Shown here one piece after another: positions 40,008 to 52,942 of a DNA stretch of 64,000 nucleotides. Position 1 is the first letter of the stretch, and each line of letters opens with the position of its first letter. A program made the position numbers and the translations under genes. The notes beneath the pieces were generated by a model. The model searched no databases and was not told the origin of the DNA. It saw only the letters and a list, made by a program, of their open reading frames with translations. Origin of the DNA: Mobula hypostoma (lineage: Eukaryota); contig NC_086097.1 of assembly GCF_963921235.1 (NCBI RefSeq), forward strand, positions 71,364,001 to 71,428,000, written 5' to 3'.

Positions 40008-42059
40008 TATTACACTCTCCTCCCCACATCTATAGAAGTTTGTCAGTTTTGGATGACATGCCGAATCTTCACCAGCTTCTAAGGAAGCAGAGGTGCTGCT
40101 GCACTTTCTTTGTAATGGGACTGACCTGCTGGATCCAGGACAGATCCTCTGAAATGATAACACCAAGGAATTTCAAGTTGCTGATCCCCTCTGCTTCTGA
40201 TCCCTCGATGAGGACTGGCTGATGGACCTCTGGTTTCTTCCTCCTGAAGTCAATAATCAACTCCATGGTCTTGCTGACACTGAGTGAGAGATTACTGTTG
40301 TGGCACAACTCGGCCAGATTTTCAATCTCCCCCCATATGCTGATTCATCACCACCTTTGATGTGGCCAATGAATCATTCAGAATCCAACCCCTGGGTCTA
40401 GGGAGGTGTTACCAAGCCACTCCTCATGGTAAACACTACAAACCCTCACCTAGAGTATGTTATGTGCCTTTGCTAGTTTTCAAATATCTTTCCAACATAG
40501 AAGAGCAGAGATTCATCATCTGAAAGAGGGCAACAGTAGATAATCAAGAGGTGGCTTTCTTGTCATAGTTGACTTAATGCCATGGACCATGCAGTCAAGG
40601 TTTGAGTACCCAAAGGGTAATATAATTATTGGATGTAACATCACTCCATGATCATTAATGCAGTGGACCAAGCTATGTGCAACAATCTGTCCGTGAAGCA
40701 AATGACGGTTCAACTATGTTATATATTAGTTAAGAAAAAATGAGAAATGATAACTCTATATGACAAAACCAGAACAATTTTCTGAAGATGACACTACAGT
40801 ACTTGATACCTCTCTGTCCTAGGAACTGATGCTATAAGACAATGCTCTGAACATCTGTGTAGATACTCGTCTATGTTGAAGTCTACTCGATGTAATTACA
40901 GTCCATCAAATGTCAAGTAATCCTATATCATGCATATTATAGGAAAACTTCATGCACATATTCATTCAGATTCCTGACAAATGAATAAGATGCACAGCAG
41001 AATTAAGACTCATTGATATCCATCGGGTATCAAAACTACCTTGCTTATAACCTGTGGCAATAGACAGACGCATAGTGCGAATTTGATCCAGAACCTTGTT
41101 GTGGCTATTGTTTCATTAACTCAACAAAGAAAGTTGACAAACCCTATTTCAACTTCTCAGATACAATGTAAACAAATGACTGATGGGCTGTAATAATGCA
41201 TGTAAGGGACTATTGTTCTCTATGAGGTGTTTGAGCTCAGTGCATCATGTTAAATTTTCAATGGCAACCCCAGGGCAAGCTACCTAATGCTAGTCTCACC
41301 TTTCAAAAATCATCAAAGAGGACCATTACTCTGAAGTCACAATAAAACACACATAATCACCTATAAAGTAGCTTTTGTGTACACTTTAAAATCGGATAAT
41401 ATATTGACTTTGTAAAGGTTTAAAAGCCAATAGGCTGCCATGTTGACCTTTAAATTCTCCACCCATGAAAACTGAACTTCACCCAACAGATTTTGACAAA
41501 ACACCCTTCCTCTGCATTACTACTGTCATTTATTGACAGCTTGATGAAAGATATAGAAGGAAGTAGTACTGTTGTCAAAATGTACAAAGAAATTTACAGT
41601 ATATCATTGGCGATCATATTTCTCTTAGCACAGCAATTCACTGTAACCAAAGTTTGAAAGAAATTCCAGTGAATGTATTTAATTTCATAAAGTTCCCTTA
41701 GCCAGTAAAAGTAAATTGACACTGTTAGACTTGTTTTAACAAATACATACAAGGGTTTAAAAATAATGGTCTAAAGATAGATTTAATCATTCTAGTATAT
41801 ATTGTTGCATAAATGTTAAATTTAGATTTTCTTTAATACTGATTTTTCTTCTCTACAGAACACCTGCAGTAAATTCTCTGAACTGAAAAAGATCAGCAAC
41901 TATTGACTCTCAATGCTCTTTCAGATTTACTCACCAACACATATGGTTGCTGGTTAGATTCAATGTTTATATTTTTAAAACACTAACTAGGAAATATTGC
42001 AATAAAACCAAGCGATGGGAAAATTAACAAAGGAGCCAATTTGTATTTGATTTATACTG

Positions 42060-42660
42060 GAGACAACAAACATACTGCTTCCCAGTTAAGTACCGATACA
42101 TTGATCTGATTCTTCCGATGCGTATCGTGCAACATTTTCTAAAGCTTACCCTCCTTTGACACCCTCATCCAGCAGCTGCAGCGTTATGCTTTTACTACCT
42201 GTCTTCCAGTCCCAAAGGCAGGTCAACTGAAGAGCTTATCCATTCTGGAAAACTGCAAAGCTTTGGAGAGTTTCCCACACAGTAATGGTCTCCCTTTGTG
42301 ACATTTACAATGATAGCCTTCTATAACAAAGTTGAAATAGCTTTCCAAATTCCCTGTTGAGCTTTGCTCAGTCATGATATCCTGGTCCTTATGGAAAGCA
42401 TCAATTCCCTTTTCCTCAAAATATTTTAAAAAATCATACTTTTCTACATTTCCTCTCAAAGTGACCAAGTTCACATTTGTCCATATTGCTCCATCTTCCA
42501 ATGGCAGTCCCTTTTATACATTGTTTTACAGACATTACTGCCCTGTTCATATCATTAGCAAATTTACACAAATTGCGCAACAGCCCCATTATCCAAATCA
42601 TTCATACTGATCTTAAACATTCGAACCCAGGCAAAGGACCATTATACTCCACTGATTATA
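42060..42660 (-). mobile_element. Very old CR1 LINE relic
   Basis: Minus strand, mixed frames: SGV..., FKISMNDLD.G, KFAND, MDKCELGHFERK, matching CR1 RT motifs. Confidence 0.6.
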
Positions 42661-43285
42661 GCTGTCAATTTAAATAAAAGATGAATTTCATTTGGTATGT
42701 GCTGTCAGTTAACCAATACTCCAATTAATTGAACCCCAGCTTTCTGTAGCAACTGCATGTGGGAACCTCTGCAGTGGCTACTGAGTGTAAGTATGTGTAT
42801 ATAAGTAAACAAAACTCCTTCAATCATTTAGGATATAGGGGAATGTAAAAAAAAGATAAAAATTAACTTTAGTATTTCTGCTTAGAATAGGAGCCATAAA
42901 TTCAAGGTTCAAGATTCAAGAAGGTGTAATGTCATTTCCAGTACACGTGTCAAGGAGAATGAAATAATTGCAGCCCAAAAAAAAACGCAGTAAGATGAAG
43001 AACATAATAATAAAAACACATAATAAAAATAAATACATTGATTGTATGTCTGTAAAATGACACAAGGCACAGGGGTGTCTGTACATAAGGAAATGATAAA
43101 GTAGTGGTGGTGGGGGTGTGTGGGGGTTGGTTAATGGGTGGAGGTATTGATCAGTCTTACTGCTTGGGGAAGGTGACGTTTTTGAGTCTGGTGGCCCTGG
43201 TCTGGATGTTTTGTAGCCTCCTCCTTGATGGGAGTGGAAGAAAAAGTCCAAAAGCAGGAGATGTGGTATCCATCATGATATTACT

Positions 43286-44150
43286 AACTGTTTTACACTT
43301 TATACTTTACTTTATTGTCGCCAAACAATTGATACTAGAGCGTACAATCATCACAGCAATATTTGATTCTGCGCTTTGTGCTCCCTGGAGTACAAATCGA
43401 TAGTAAATATTAAAAATTTAAATTATAAATCATAAATAGAAAATAGAGAAGGGAAAGAAAGGTAGTGCAAAAAACCGAGAGGCAGGTCCGGATATTTGGA
43501 GGGCCCAGATCCGGGTCAGGATCCATTCAGCAGTCTTATCACAGTTGGAAAGAAGCTGTTTCCAAATCTGGCCGTATGAGTCTTCAAGCTCCTGAGCCTT
43601 CTCCCGGAGGGAAGAGGGATGAAAAGTGTGTTGGTTGGGTGGGTCGTGTCCTTGATTTTCCTGGCAGCACTGCTCTGACAGCATGCGGTGTAAAGTGAGT
43701 CCAAGGACGGAAGATTGGTTTGTGTGATGTGCTGGGCTGTGTTCACGATCTTCTGCAGCTTCTTTCGGTCTTGGACAGGACAACTTCCATACCAGGTTGT
43801 GATGCATCCTAGAAGAATGCTTTCTACGGTGCATCTATAAAAATTAGTGAGGGTTTTAGGGGACAGGCCAAATTTCTTTAGTTTTCTCAGGAAGTAAAGG
43901 CGCTGTTGGGCCTTCTTGGCAGTGAATTCTGCTTGGTTGGACCAAGTCAGGTCATTTGTGATATTGACCCCGAGGAACTTAAAGCTTCTGACCTGTTCCA
44001 CTTGCGCACCACTGATGTAAATGGAGGTGTGCGGTCCGCTACTCCTCCTGAAGTCAACAACCAATTCCTTCGTTTTGCTGATGTTGAGGGATAGGTTATT
44101 GTCTTCGTGCCACCAGGTTCTTAATTTCCTCCCTGTACTCAAACTCATCC
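43286..44150 (-). mobile_element. Young 5'-truncated Rex1/Babar LINE inserted into an older Rex fragment (42900-43285 and 44243-44270)
   Basis: ORF 43516-44223: NNLSLNISKTKELVVDFRR...FKFLGV...KAQQRLYFLRKL...FYRCTVESIL..CIT.WYG...LPSGRR...NSFFP..IRLLN. Tail AATAAAGTAAAGTATAAAG. Confidence 0.93.
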
Positions 44151-47100
44151 AACTGGCTGTATACACATTGGTCATGTAGGATTTAGGCAAGTGTCCGGCA
44201 ATCATGAGAACACAACATGCCACATATGCAATGGATTGAAAACTTTTCCAGCATCTTTCTGTATATATGATACTATGATCTATATTAATAGCCTATTTAA
44301 ATCAATAAAGGTTACCATGGTGTGTGCAGCTTAGAACGAAACTTGCAGCTGATGGCATTCCCTGCTCTTGTCCTTGTGGGTGGCTGTGGAGGGCTGGACC
44401 CTTCATCAAGACTTCTCACTCCACAGATTTATTCCTCTCCTTAGATGCTGCCTGACCTGCTGTGTCCTTCTGCCATTTTCTGTGTGTTCAGGATTTCTAG
44501 CATTGCAGAATCTCTTGTGTTTAAGACTTTGCAAACCACTCACTGTTACTCACACCACTCCTCAGCAGCAACAAGGGAGTAATCAGCAACTACTGTTGCT
44601 GACTGGTTGTCCTAGTATACACATTGGTCATGTAGGATTTAAGCAAGTGTCCAGCAATCATGAGAACACAGCATACCGCATATGCAATAGATTGAAAATG
44701 AATGAAGGAGACAACCTGTAACTGGGTCCTTTGCAAACAATGCCAGCTTGATCATCAAGTTACTGATCTTGTAGATGGACAAAGAAGTTACTTAAGATAT
44801 GTTACTTCAATTCTTGATAAAATAAAAACTGTTCTTCTTTTGATTAGATTTTTTTCATGCCAGTACAGAAGATGTTAGAATATCTTTTTGTTCTTGAGCT
44901 TGGGAATTGTTCTCTTCTTGTCTTACTTAGGAATAGATTTAGGATTAAAGCAAACTTGTGCCAAATCTGGAGTCTGGAGAAACACCTTTGAAACCTCCAG
45001 TACCGCTTTCAATTAAGAATATTTTAAGCTGATAACAAATAGTCTCAGTCTGCTTTTCCCTGGGACAGTCTGTGCCATTGGCCTCAGATCACATTAATTT
45101 TGAGTGAATTCCTCATGCAGGCTTTAGTCTTCCTTTCAGATTTGAGCACCACCTGGCAACATTTTGTTTTTTCCCTATGTCACAGGTGTATAGTGGGGTG
45201 AGACCACTTGTGTGATTGTCATTGCCCTTCCTGAATTACACAATTAGCAGGCCATGTCCAACTTATAGATATTAAAAACACACAAAATGTATAAATCAGC
45301 AGATATTCCTTTCATCCAAACCCATTACCTACTGATTCAAGACGTGTCCATTAAGCTAAGTCTAATATGACACAAATACAGTTTATTTTCTGTCAATGGA
45401 TCACACAGTTTATAATTTAATCAAACCCAAGATCTAGTTAAGAATCACATAGAGTTTAATTATATGTTAATGCTTCATTGCCATCCTAACAGATATGAAG
45501 CAAAAGGGGGGAGGTTTGGAAGAATAAGGTTACTGTACTTTTCAGTATGATTCATGCCATTGACCTCATACAAATGTATGTAATAAATTGGAATTCTTAA
45601 TATTGTTATTCTCCAGTTCATATTTTTAACTTGAATAAACATTTGAAGTATAAACATTATACATAAAATAAATGTTGATGAAGTTCTTTAAAATTTATGG
45701 AATTTTTTTTATAGAATTGGTTGCTCCATGACTTTAATATCAGAAAGGCTGGGATCAACATAAAAGTTTATAATTGCATCATTACCAGCCCTGCATGTTT
45801 GGTATGATCATAATGTACAAGTTCTTTAAAGAATAAAGTTTTAAGGACACTCATATGTGCTGCATTTGTAACAAGTGGATACAGCTGACTATTCCATCAA
45901 TCATTTGCAATCATTAGAAATTTTTCTGACAATCCCTGTATACTAATAATTCTAGAGTACCTACACATTTTAACTCTGGAATCTCAGTCAAGACAGTAAA
46001 TAATTGCCGTGATTATAGAAATACTCTTACAAAATAAGGTAGCTTCGAGTGAGGGAGTGATCTTGTAATTTGACAAAAATGCAGTAAAAATATTGCTGGT
46101 AAAGTTTAAACTTGTAAGGTATATCTACCTTCTATTCCCTTAATATTGTTTTTAAACTTTAGGTCTCATCATAATGCTGTGTCACAATCCATTTAAACTT
46201 TGTGATAGTAGATATACAGCTGTAGATCAAGCATTCTCAGACTTCAAGGCTCATCATTTTTATTCGAACTGTAGAATATTTCAGAAAGTGGTGCTAAAGG
46301 ATAAATTTCTTTTGCAAGTTATGCATTACTGTACATAATACTTGGCATCATTATTGCTAGGTGTTTATCTAAAGCATTCACCAGTGAGTTTACCACTGAC
46401 ACTCTAGTGTTATTATGTCCAGTTCTGCCTGTAGCTGGGGATTTAATCTTTGTAAATTCTCTGATGCTTTCTGCCTCTCTGTATCAACAGAGAGATGAGT
46501 GACAAAGCTGCGGTAATCTAACTCGTTCAGCATTTCCTTTGAGATTTTACAGATTAAAATGTATATTTTTTAATATATCGAAACAAAAATACAAAATAGA
46601 ACGTGTCTACAGTTTTATGGCATTTTACAAAGCAGACAATATAAACATCACAACAAAAGTAAAATCATAATTTTCTGGAACGTGTTGTTCTTTTCTTATC
46701 ATAATCTCAATATCTTCACCACTTTTAAAAATAATATCACATTAAAAACAATTTCACAGTAACATGAGCAAACAACTTTCTTCCAAATGGTAAGCCCAGT
46801 ATTGCATAGCCACCAAAGTATGTTATTTTACTTTAGTTCCTTAATGCTTCAGGACAGGTGATGTGTTCAAAGAGCAGAGCAGGCAATAAAGCACCTGAAA
46901 GGAAACTCATATTTGACATCACTGCAGAACCTATGCCTCATTTGTATAGTGACTGGAAAAAATATCACATAATGAGTTAAATGATCAAAATTAGCAAGTA
47001 AATTAAAATATGAATATAAATTACAAAATTATTAATTCACAAATTGATATTACATTTAATTTTATAAATGTGAATCTTGATGAAACTTTTGAAACACCTA

Positions 47101-47309
47101 TTTTCTTTAAATTGCTCTGTGCAGATTATGTGCTTTTAGAAGACTCTATAATTAAAACATGTGAAACATGCTCTGAGAAGAACACAAACAGGACTGTAAT
47201 TATGACTTTGATGCCCTCATTCAGAGCATGCCCTCTTCCTATCTGTTATGAGTTCAAGTGGAAGATTATTTGACCTGGAATGTTTTTCTGAAATTTCACC
47301 TGTCATTCC

Positions 47310-47530
47310 GAGAGGGTGTCAGGAGTAAGTTTTTCACACAGAGAGTGGCGGGTGCGTGGAATGCAATGTCGGCTGTGGTGGTGGAAGCGGATACAATAGG
47401 GTCTCTTAAGAGCCTCTTAGATAGGTACATGGAGCTTAGAAAAATAGAGGCTATGCATCAGGGAAATTCTAGGCCGTCTCTAGGGCCGAAGGGCCTGTAA
47501 TGTGCTGTAAATTTCAATGTTCTATGTTCT
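47310..47530 (+). mobile_element. CR1 LINE 3' end
   Basis: KFFTQRVAGAWN...LLDRYME and TTCTATG tail. Confidence 0.85.
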
Positions 47531-48550
47531 AAGACTGGCACTCAGTCAAATCTGTCGATGTGACATCAACAGGCAACGCAGCCCAAATGGTTGCACTAAC
47601 CAGAGATTGCACAGCTGCTTAATGCTAATAAGAAGGTGTTTGAGAAAGGGATTGCAAACTCATAGGCATGAAGGCCTTTGTATGAAACAGCAACAGTAAG
47701 ATTCCATAATGCATATCCAGTGCCTTACACACTACGTCCTAAAGAGGATGGTGAACTGTAGAGCTTGAGCCGTCCGGCATTCTCTCCGAAGTTGAGCGGA
47801 GCGAATGGGTCATGGCCGCGGACATGGTGATCAAGAAAGGGAGGGCCAGAGCCATTCGCCTATGTAGGGATTTCAAGGTGAGCATCAACCCAGTACTGCG
47901 TTCTGTGCAATATCCCCGGCACAAATAGAAGACACTTTTGCACCTTTGGCAGGCGGGGAAAGGATTTCGAAGATTGACTTGTCATAAGCCTATCTGCAAA
48001 TGGAGATTGAGGAATCAAGCAAGAAGTTCCTCATAATCAGTTCTCACAAGGGACTGCTCCAGTATAATCGTCTTGTCTTTGGCGTTGTATCAGGTTCAGC
48101 AATTTGGCAGAGAGCCATGAACCAAGTGCTCCAAAGTTTCCCAGGAACACAATGTTACCTTAATGACATCATTGTGACTGGGAAAAGTGATGAAGAGCAG
48201 CTGCAGAAGCTTACCAGCATGAGAGAGTAAGGTCTGCATGCAAAGAGAGACAAATGTGAGGTTTTCAAGAATGAAATCTCATATTGTGGACATGTTATTG
48301 ACAAGCGTGGCTTACATAAGTCACAAGAGAAGACTGAAGCAGTCCACAGGCACCCAAACCAGAAAATGTGTCACAACTCGGGTCATACTTGGGCCTTGTA
48401 AACTACTACATCGGCTTCTCCCAAACATTGCTGCAGTGCTGCATCCATTGAATGCACTGCTACAGACAGGAGCAAAGTGGGCTGGTCAGAAAGATGTGAA
48501 AGAGCATTCAAGGAAACGGAGACTAATGACATCAGAAGAACAGCTCATGC
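47531..48550 (+). mobile_element. Gypsy copy C: RT segment of the same family as A/B (the part deleted in A and B)
   Basis: IRLCRDFKVSINP, FSKIDLS.AYLQ, HKGLLQYNRLVFGV, QCYLNDIIVTG. Start matches 51278-51390 and 63815-63960. Confidence 0.88.
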
Positions 48551-48559
48551 GTCCCTTGA

Positions 48560-48935
48560 TTGTATTTGTGAATGATTCATTGGCCAAATCAAAGGTGGTG
48601 ATGAATCAGCATATAGGAGGGAGATTGAAAATCTGGCCGAATTGTGCCACAACAGTAATCTCTCACTCAATGTCAGCAAGACCATAGAGCTGATTATTGA
48701 CTTCAGGAGGAGGAAACCAGAGGTCCATGAGCCAGTCCTCATCGAGGGATCAGAAGTGGAGAGGAGCAGCAACTTGTAATTCCTTGGTGTTATCATTTCA
48801 GAGGATCTGTCCTGGATCCAGCAGGTCAGTCCCATTACAAAGAAAATGCAGCCGCACCTCTGCTTCCTTAGAAGCTTGTGAAGATTCGGCATGTCATCTA
48901 AAACTGACAAACTTCTATAGATGTGGGGAGGAGAG
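48560..48935 (+). mobile_element. Rex1/Babar LINE fragment, inverted duplicate of 40015-40388
   Basis: NLSLNVSKT.ELIIDFRR...FLGVIISEDLSW...NFYRC. It joins the LTR at the same base as in copy A. Confidence 0.9.
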
Positions 48936-49528
48936 TGTAATATATGGATTTATTTATTTTATAGCAATGAATCCCTGCCCCTTAAGTTGTCAACACACTT
49001 GCTGTTGTCTACACACGTGCATTGCTCTCTCTGTCATTGCAATGTGATTACACCAGCTGAAGCTGTCTCCTGCGTGCATGTTTTTATTTAATTGATATGC
49101 AGTTGTACAAAGACACAAAAATTGGTGATGAGTACGACCTGAATGTCAGAAAATATCACAAATTGCACCGACAGTTACGGGACAAAACAACGAGAGTTAA
49201 ACAGCACGAGAAAGCTATCATGGACTCTAACAAAGGTATGAATACAGTTCAAAGTACATAGTGAAAGACACACGGAAATTAAAGCGAGAATAACGTGGCG
49301 ATGGCTTCAGTCGGGAAAGTTGATGAATTTGATAGTGCTAATGAAAGTTAGGAGTCATATATTGAGAGGGTGGAACTGTACTGTAACATGAACAACGTGC
49401 AGGAGCAAAAGAAATTCCCGATGCTTCTTAGCCCAAATGGGTGCAAAGACGTACAGTCTCTTACGCAACCTATAACCCCTGCAAAGCCAGCAAGTAAGCT
49501 GTTCAATGAAATTGGTAGAATTTTACAA

Positions 49529-50360
49529 TCAACACACACAAAATGCTAGAGGAACTCAGCAGGCCAGGCAACATCTATGGAAAAGAGTATAGTCAATGTT
49601 TTGGGCCGAGACCCTTCAGCAGGACTGGAGAAAAAAAGATGAGGTGTCAGAGATAGAAGGTGGAGGGAGGGGAGGAAGTTGATAGGTGAAATTGGGAAGG
49701 GGAGAGGTGAGGTGAAGTAAAGAGCTAGGAAGTTGATTGGTGAAAGAGATACAGGGCTGGAGAAGGGGGAATCTAATAGGAGAGGATAGATGGCCATGGA
49801 AGAAAGAAAAAGAGGCAGGAGCACCAGAGGGAGTCAATAAGCAGGCAAGGAGATAAAGTAAGAGAGGGGAAAGGGGATGGGGAATAGGGAAGAGGGGACC
49901 ATTATCAGAAGTTTGAGAAATCGAGCTCATATCATCATGAAGCTACCCAGACAGAATATAATTTTTTGCTCCTCCATCTTGAGTGAAGCCTCATCATGAC
50001 AATGAGGAGGCCATGGATAGACATGCCAGTATGGGAATGGGAAATGGAATTAAAATGAGTTGCCAATTCACAAGGTGCTCAGCAGTCTTCCAGTCTACGT
50101 TGGGTCTCACCATTGGCCACACCGGGGGCACTGGATACAATAGATGACCCCCATCAGACTCACCAGTGAAGTGTCGACTCACCTAGAAGGATTGTTTGGG
50201 GCCCTAAGTGGTAATGAAGGAGGAAGTGTAGGGGAAGGTATAGCACTTGTTCTGCTTGCCAGGAGGGAGATCAGTGGGGAGGGTTGAATGGACCAGGGAG
50301 TCGTGTAAGGAGAGATCCCTGTGGCAAGCAGAAAGTGGGGTGGGGGGGAGGGAAGGATGT
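49529..50360 (-). mobile_element. Penelope-like insertion, duplicate of 38025-38859
   Basis: TSD GAATTTTACAA at 49518-49528 and 50361-50371. GVIYCIQC motif on the minus strand near 50130-50152. Confidence 0.88.
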
Positions 50361-52300
50361 GAATTTTACAAAATGACTTGGGCCTTAAAGCACTGATGAT
50401 AGCTGAGATATTTAGATTTTACAAAAAGAACCAGTCAAGGGATGAAAGCATTTCTGAATACATAGCAGAACTGTGCACACTCTCCCAGGACTGTGACTTT
50501 AGAGACAGAATTTCTGATGCATTAAGGGACAGGCTTATATGTGGCACGTATAGTCAAATCACTCCAAAGATGCTACTGTTCAAAAGAGACATAACCTTCG
50601 AATGGGCATTGACAATTGCAATATCGTTAGAGACTACAGCAAAGGATACAGCAGAACTACAGAAAAGGAGGTTAGAATGTGAAATGCACAAGATGTCCCT
50701 GAACAGTGCAAAAAGCTAAAACTGTTATCAATGTGGCAACTCCTCCCATAATGCAAATGACCATTGGTTCAAGGAACAAGTGTGCAGAGACTGTCACAGA
50801 CGAGGTCACATAGAGAGAATGTGCAAGGCAGATAAAAAGCCCAACCAAAGAGAAAAACCACACAGGGTGAAGAGTTTCAGACACAAAGCTAAACAAATGC
50901 ATAAAGTGACCGAGTGTGAAACAAACAACACAGAGTATGAGGAAGGTGAGCTGTCATTCACAGAATTACATAGTATTACTGAAGCAGATGACAAAATCAT
51001 ATGGATCACAATAGATGTTTCTGCTGTAAAACTAAAAATGGAACTGGACACAGAGCCAGCTTTGTCTATAATTTCACAGGCTGACTACAACAGATTGTTT
51101 TCTAAGTTTCCATTACAGAAGACCTCAGTGATGCTAAAGACCTACACAGGCGAAAAACTGTCTCCCAAAGGCAAACTGAAGGTAAATATGATGTAGTTAG
51201 AGCTTTATATATTGAAAAATGGAGGGCCAGCGCTTTTCGGAAGTGAATGGGTGAGATAAATCCAACTACCTTGCACTCAGTCAAAGCTCTCAATGTGGCA
51301 TCAGCAGGGGACTGCAGCCCACATGGTAGCACTAACCAGGGATTGTCACAGCTGCTTAAAGCTAATGCAAAGATGTTTGAGAAGGGAATAGATAAAAAGA
51401 TCGAAGTCCTGGCCAAAAGCTGTTCTGGATGCCAAAAAATTCAAAATGCACCCCTACTGGCACTATTACGCCCAATGAAGTGGCCATCTTCACCATGGCA
51501 AAGAGTACATATTGACTTTGCTGTGCCAGTCATGGACTCCATGTTCCTGATTGCTGTGGATCTCATTCAAAGTGGCCAGATGTTATTCGAATGAAGTCGA
51601 ACTCTTCAACAAAGACTGTCTCTGCCCTGAGGACTATCTTAACCAGAAATGGCTTACCAGAGCAAATTGTGAATGACAATGGACCACAATACAGGTCAGA
51701 AGAGTTCTGACTGTTCATGAAGCAAAATGGCATCAGACATTTAAAGTCACCTCCTCACTACCTAGCAATGAATGGGTTAACTGAAAGGTTTATCCAAATC
51801 CTCAAGAAGTCAATTAAAGTGATGGACGATGAGGACATTTCTCTACAGCACCACGTGGACAACTTCCTTTTTGTGTATTGGAACTCTGTTCATGCGACCC
51901 CGACAAATCAAATATCTGCAATGCTATTCATGAGCAGGAATCTGAGATCTCACATAGACCTCTTGAAACCACGTCTACGGAGGAAAATACAGAATAAACA
52001 GTTCAGCCAGTTGCCAGTGAAGCAGCAAGGAGCTTCGAGATTGGACAGGAAGTCCTAATGCATGATTACCGAGAAGACAAATGGACACCCAATAGGATAG
52101 CTGCAAGAACAGGTCGCTGATGTACACAGTGGATGTTGGAGAACAGACATGGAGATGTCATATGGACCAAGTATTGGATGTTCAACCAAAGAACAAGCCT
52201 GAGTCGACTACATCCAACAAAACTGACACATTACAGTCACCGGACTTACCTCTCTGTGATGACCATGTTTCTGACAGCAACATGACACCCGAAACGAAGA

Positions 52301-52942
52301 TGTCATGGTTACGTTTGGTTGTTCCCCTTTAACGCTCCTTTCTCCCTGATTATGCCCTAATTTCAGCCATTAGATTTCCAATTGCTGCTAGATTACTTAA
52401 TTACTGTACACCTGGTTTGCATCAGAGACTGTGAAATAAGTACTGTCTGTCTGTATCTTGTTTTACGGCGGTTGGCATCCAGCTTAATGGTGCATTACTG
52501 CCACCCTCTGCTCCAGAATGTGCACTAGACATACATTCTAAATCCCTTCACCCAATCACACACACACGCACACACACACACACAAACCTACACTTCACCC
52601 TCCCATCTTTGACCATCCTAGTATCCTATTCCTGTTTATTCGTCATATTCTATAAAAAACCCCTGTACCCCTATGAAATAAGTACGATGACGTCACTACA
52701 CAGGTCGCCAGTTTGTTGGTCTATTCTTGTGTGATACTTCGTTCTCTCAGCTGCTTAGAACCGTTAGTTCTAAGTTTAGTTCCAAGTTCTGCTCTAGTTT
52801 CAAGATAGTCCCTGTAGATCCCGTCTCCTTGTCAAGATTCCTCTGGCTTGCTGTTCTACGTTCACGTCTATGCCAGCATCCCCATCTCAGTTGACGTGCC
52901 AGTGTCCTGCACTTGGGTTCTCTTCAGTCGCCCCGTGCAACA
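52301..52942. mobile_element. Solo LTR with 5-bp TSD GAAGA, inserted in Gypsy copy B
   Basis: TGTCATGG...GTGCAACA. GAAGA at 52296-52300 and 52943-52947. The empty site is seen in copy A near 36100-36115. Confidence 0.85.
52444..52673 (-). mobile_element. 3' end of a Nimb/I-clade-like LINE with 12-bp TSD
   Basis: TSD TGAAATAAGTAC at 52432-52443 and 52674-52685. Minus strand reads GTGVFYRI* then GGTGGCAGTAATGCACC...GATGCCAACCGCC and an (ACAG)n tail. Confidence 0.75.

Larger units (their letters stand above)
35667..40014 (-). mobile_element. Gypsy LTR retrotransposon copy A, RT/RNase H deleted; 3' LTR 35667-35874, 5' LTR 39268-40014 interrupted by a CR1
   Basis: LTR starts TGTAAT.TATGGAT. PPT AAAGGAGGAGGAAG. 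TSD GAGAG/GATAG. Gag (LRDRLICG, CRDCHRRGHIERMC zinc knuckle), protease (ELDTGSALS), integrase (WQRVHIDFA, NGLAERFIQTLK). Confidence 0.93.

Noticed and set aside
42223..42501. Protein-like 92-aa minus ORF with nearby splice-like sites
   Set aside because: Other frames show CR1 RT motifs (MNDLD, KFAND, DKCE..HF), so it is an old LINE relic.
43516..44223. 235-aa ORF (may hit DUF1891/ALKBH8-N-like profiles)
   Set aside because: It is the Rex1/Babar ORF2 C-terminus. The N-terminal residues come from the duplicated flank.
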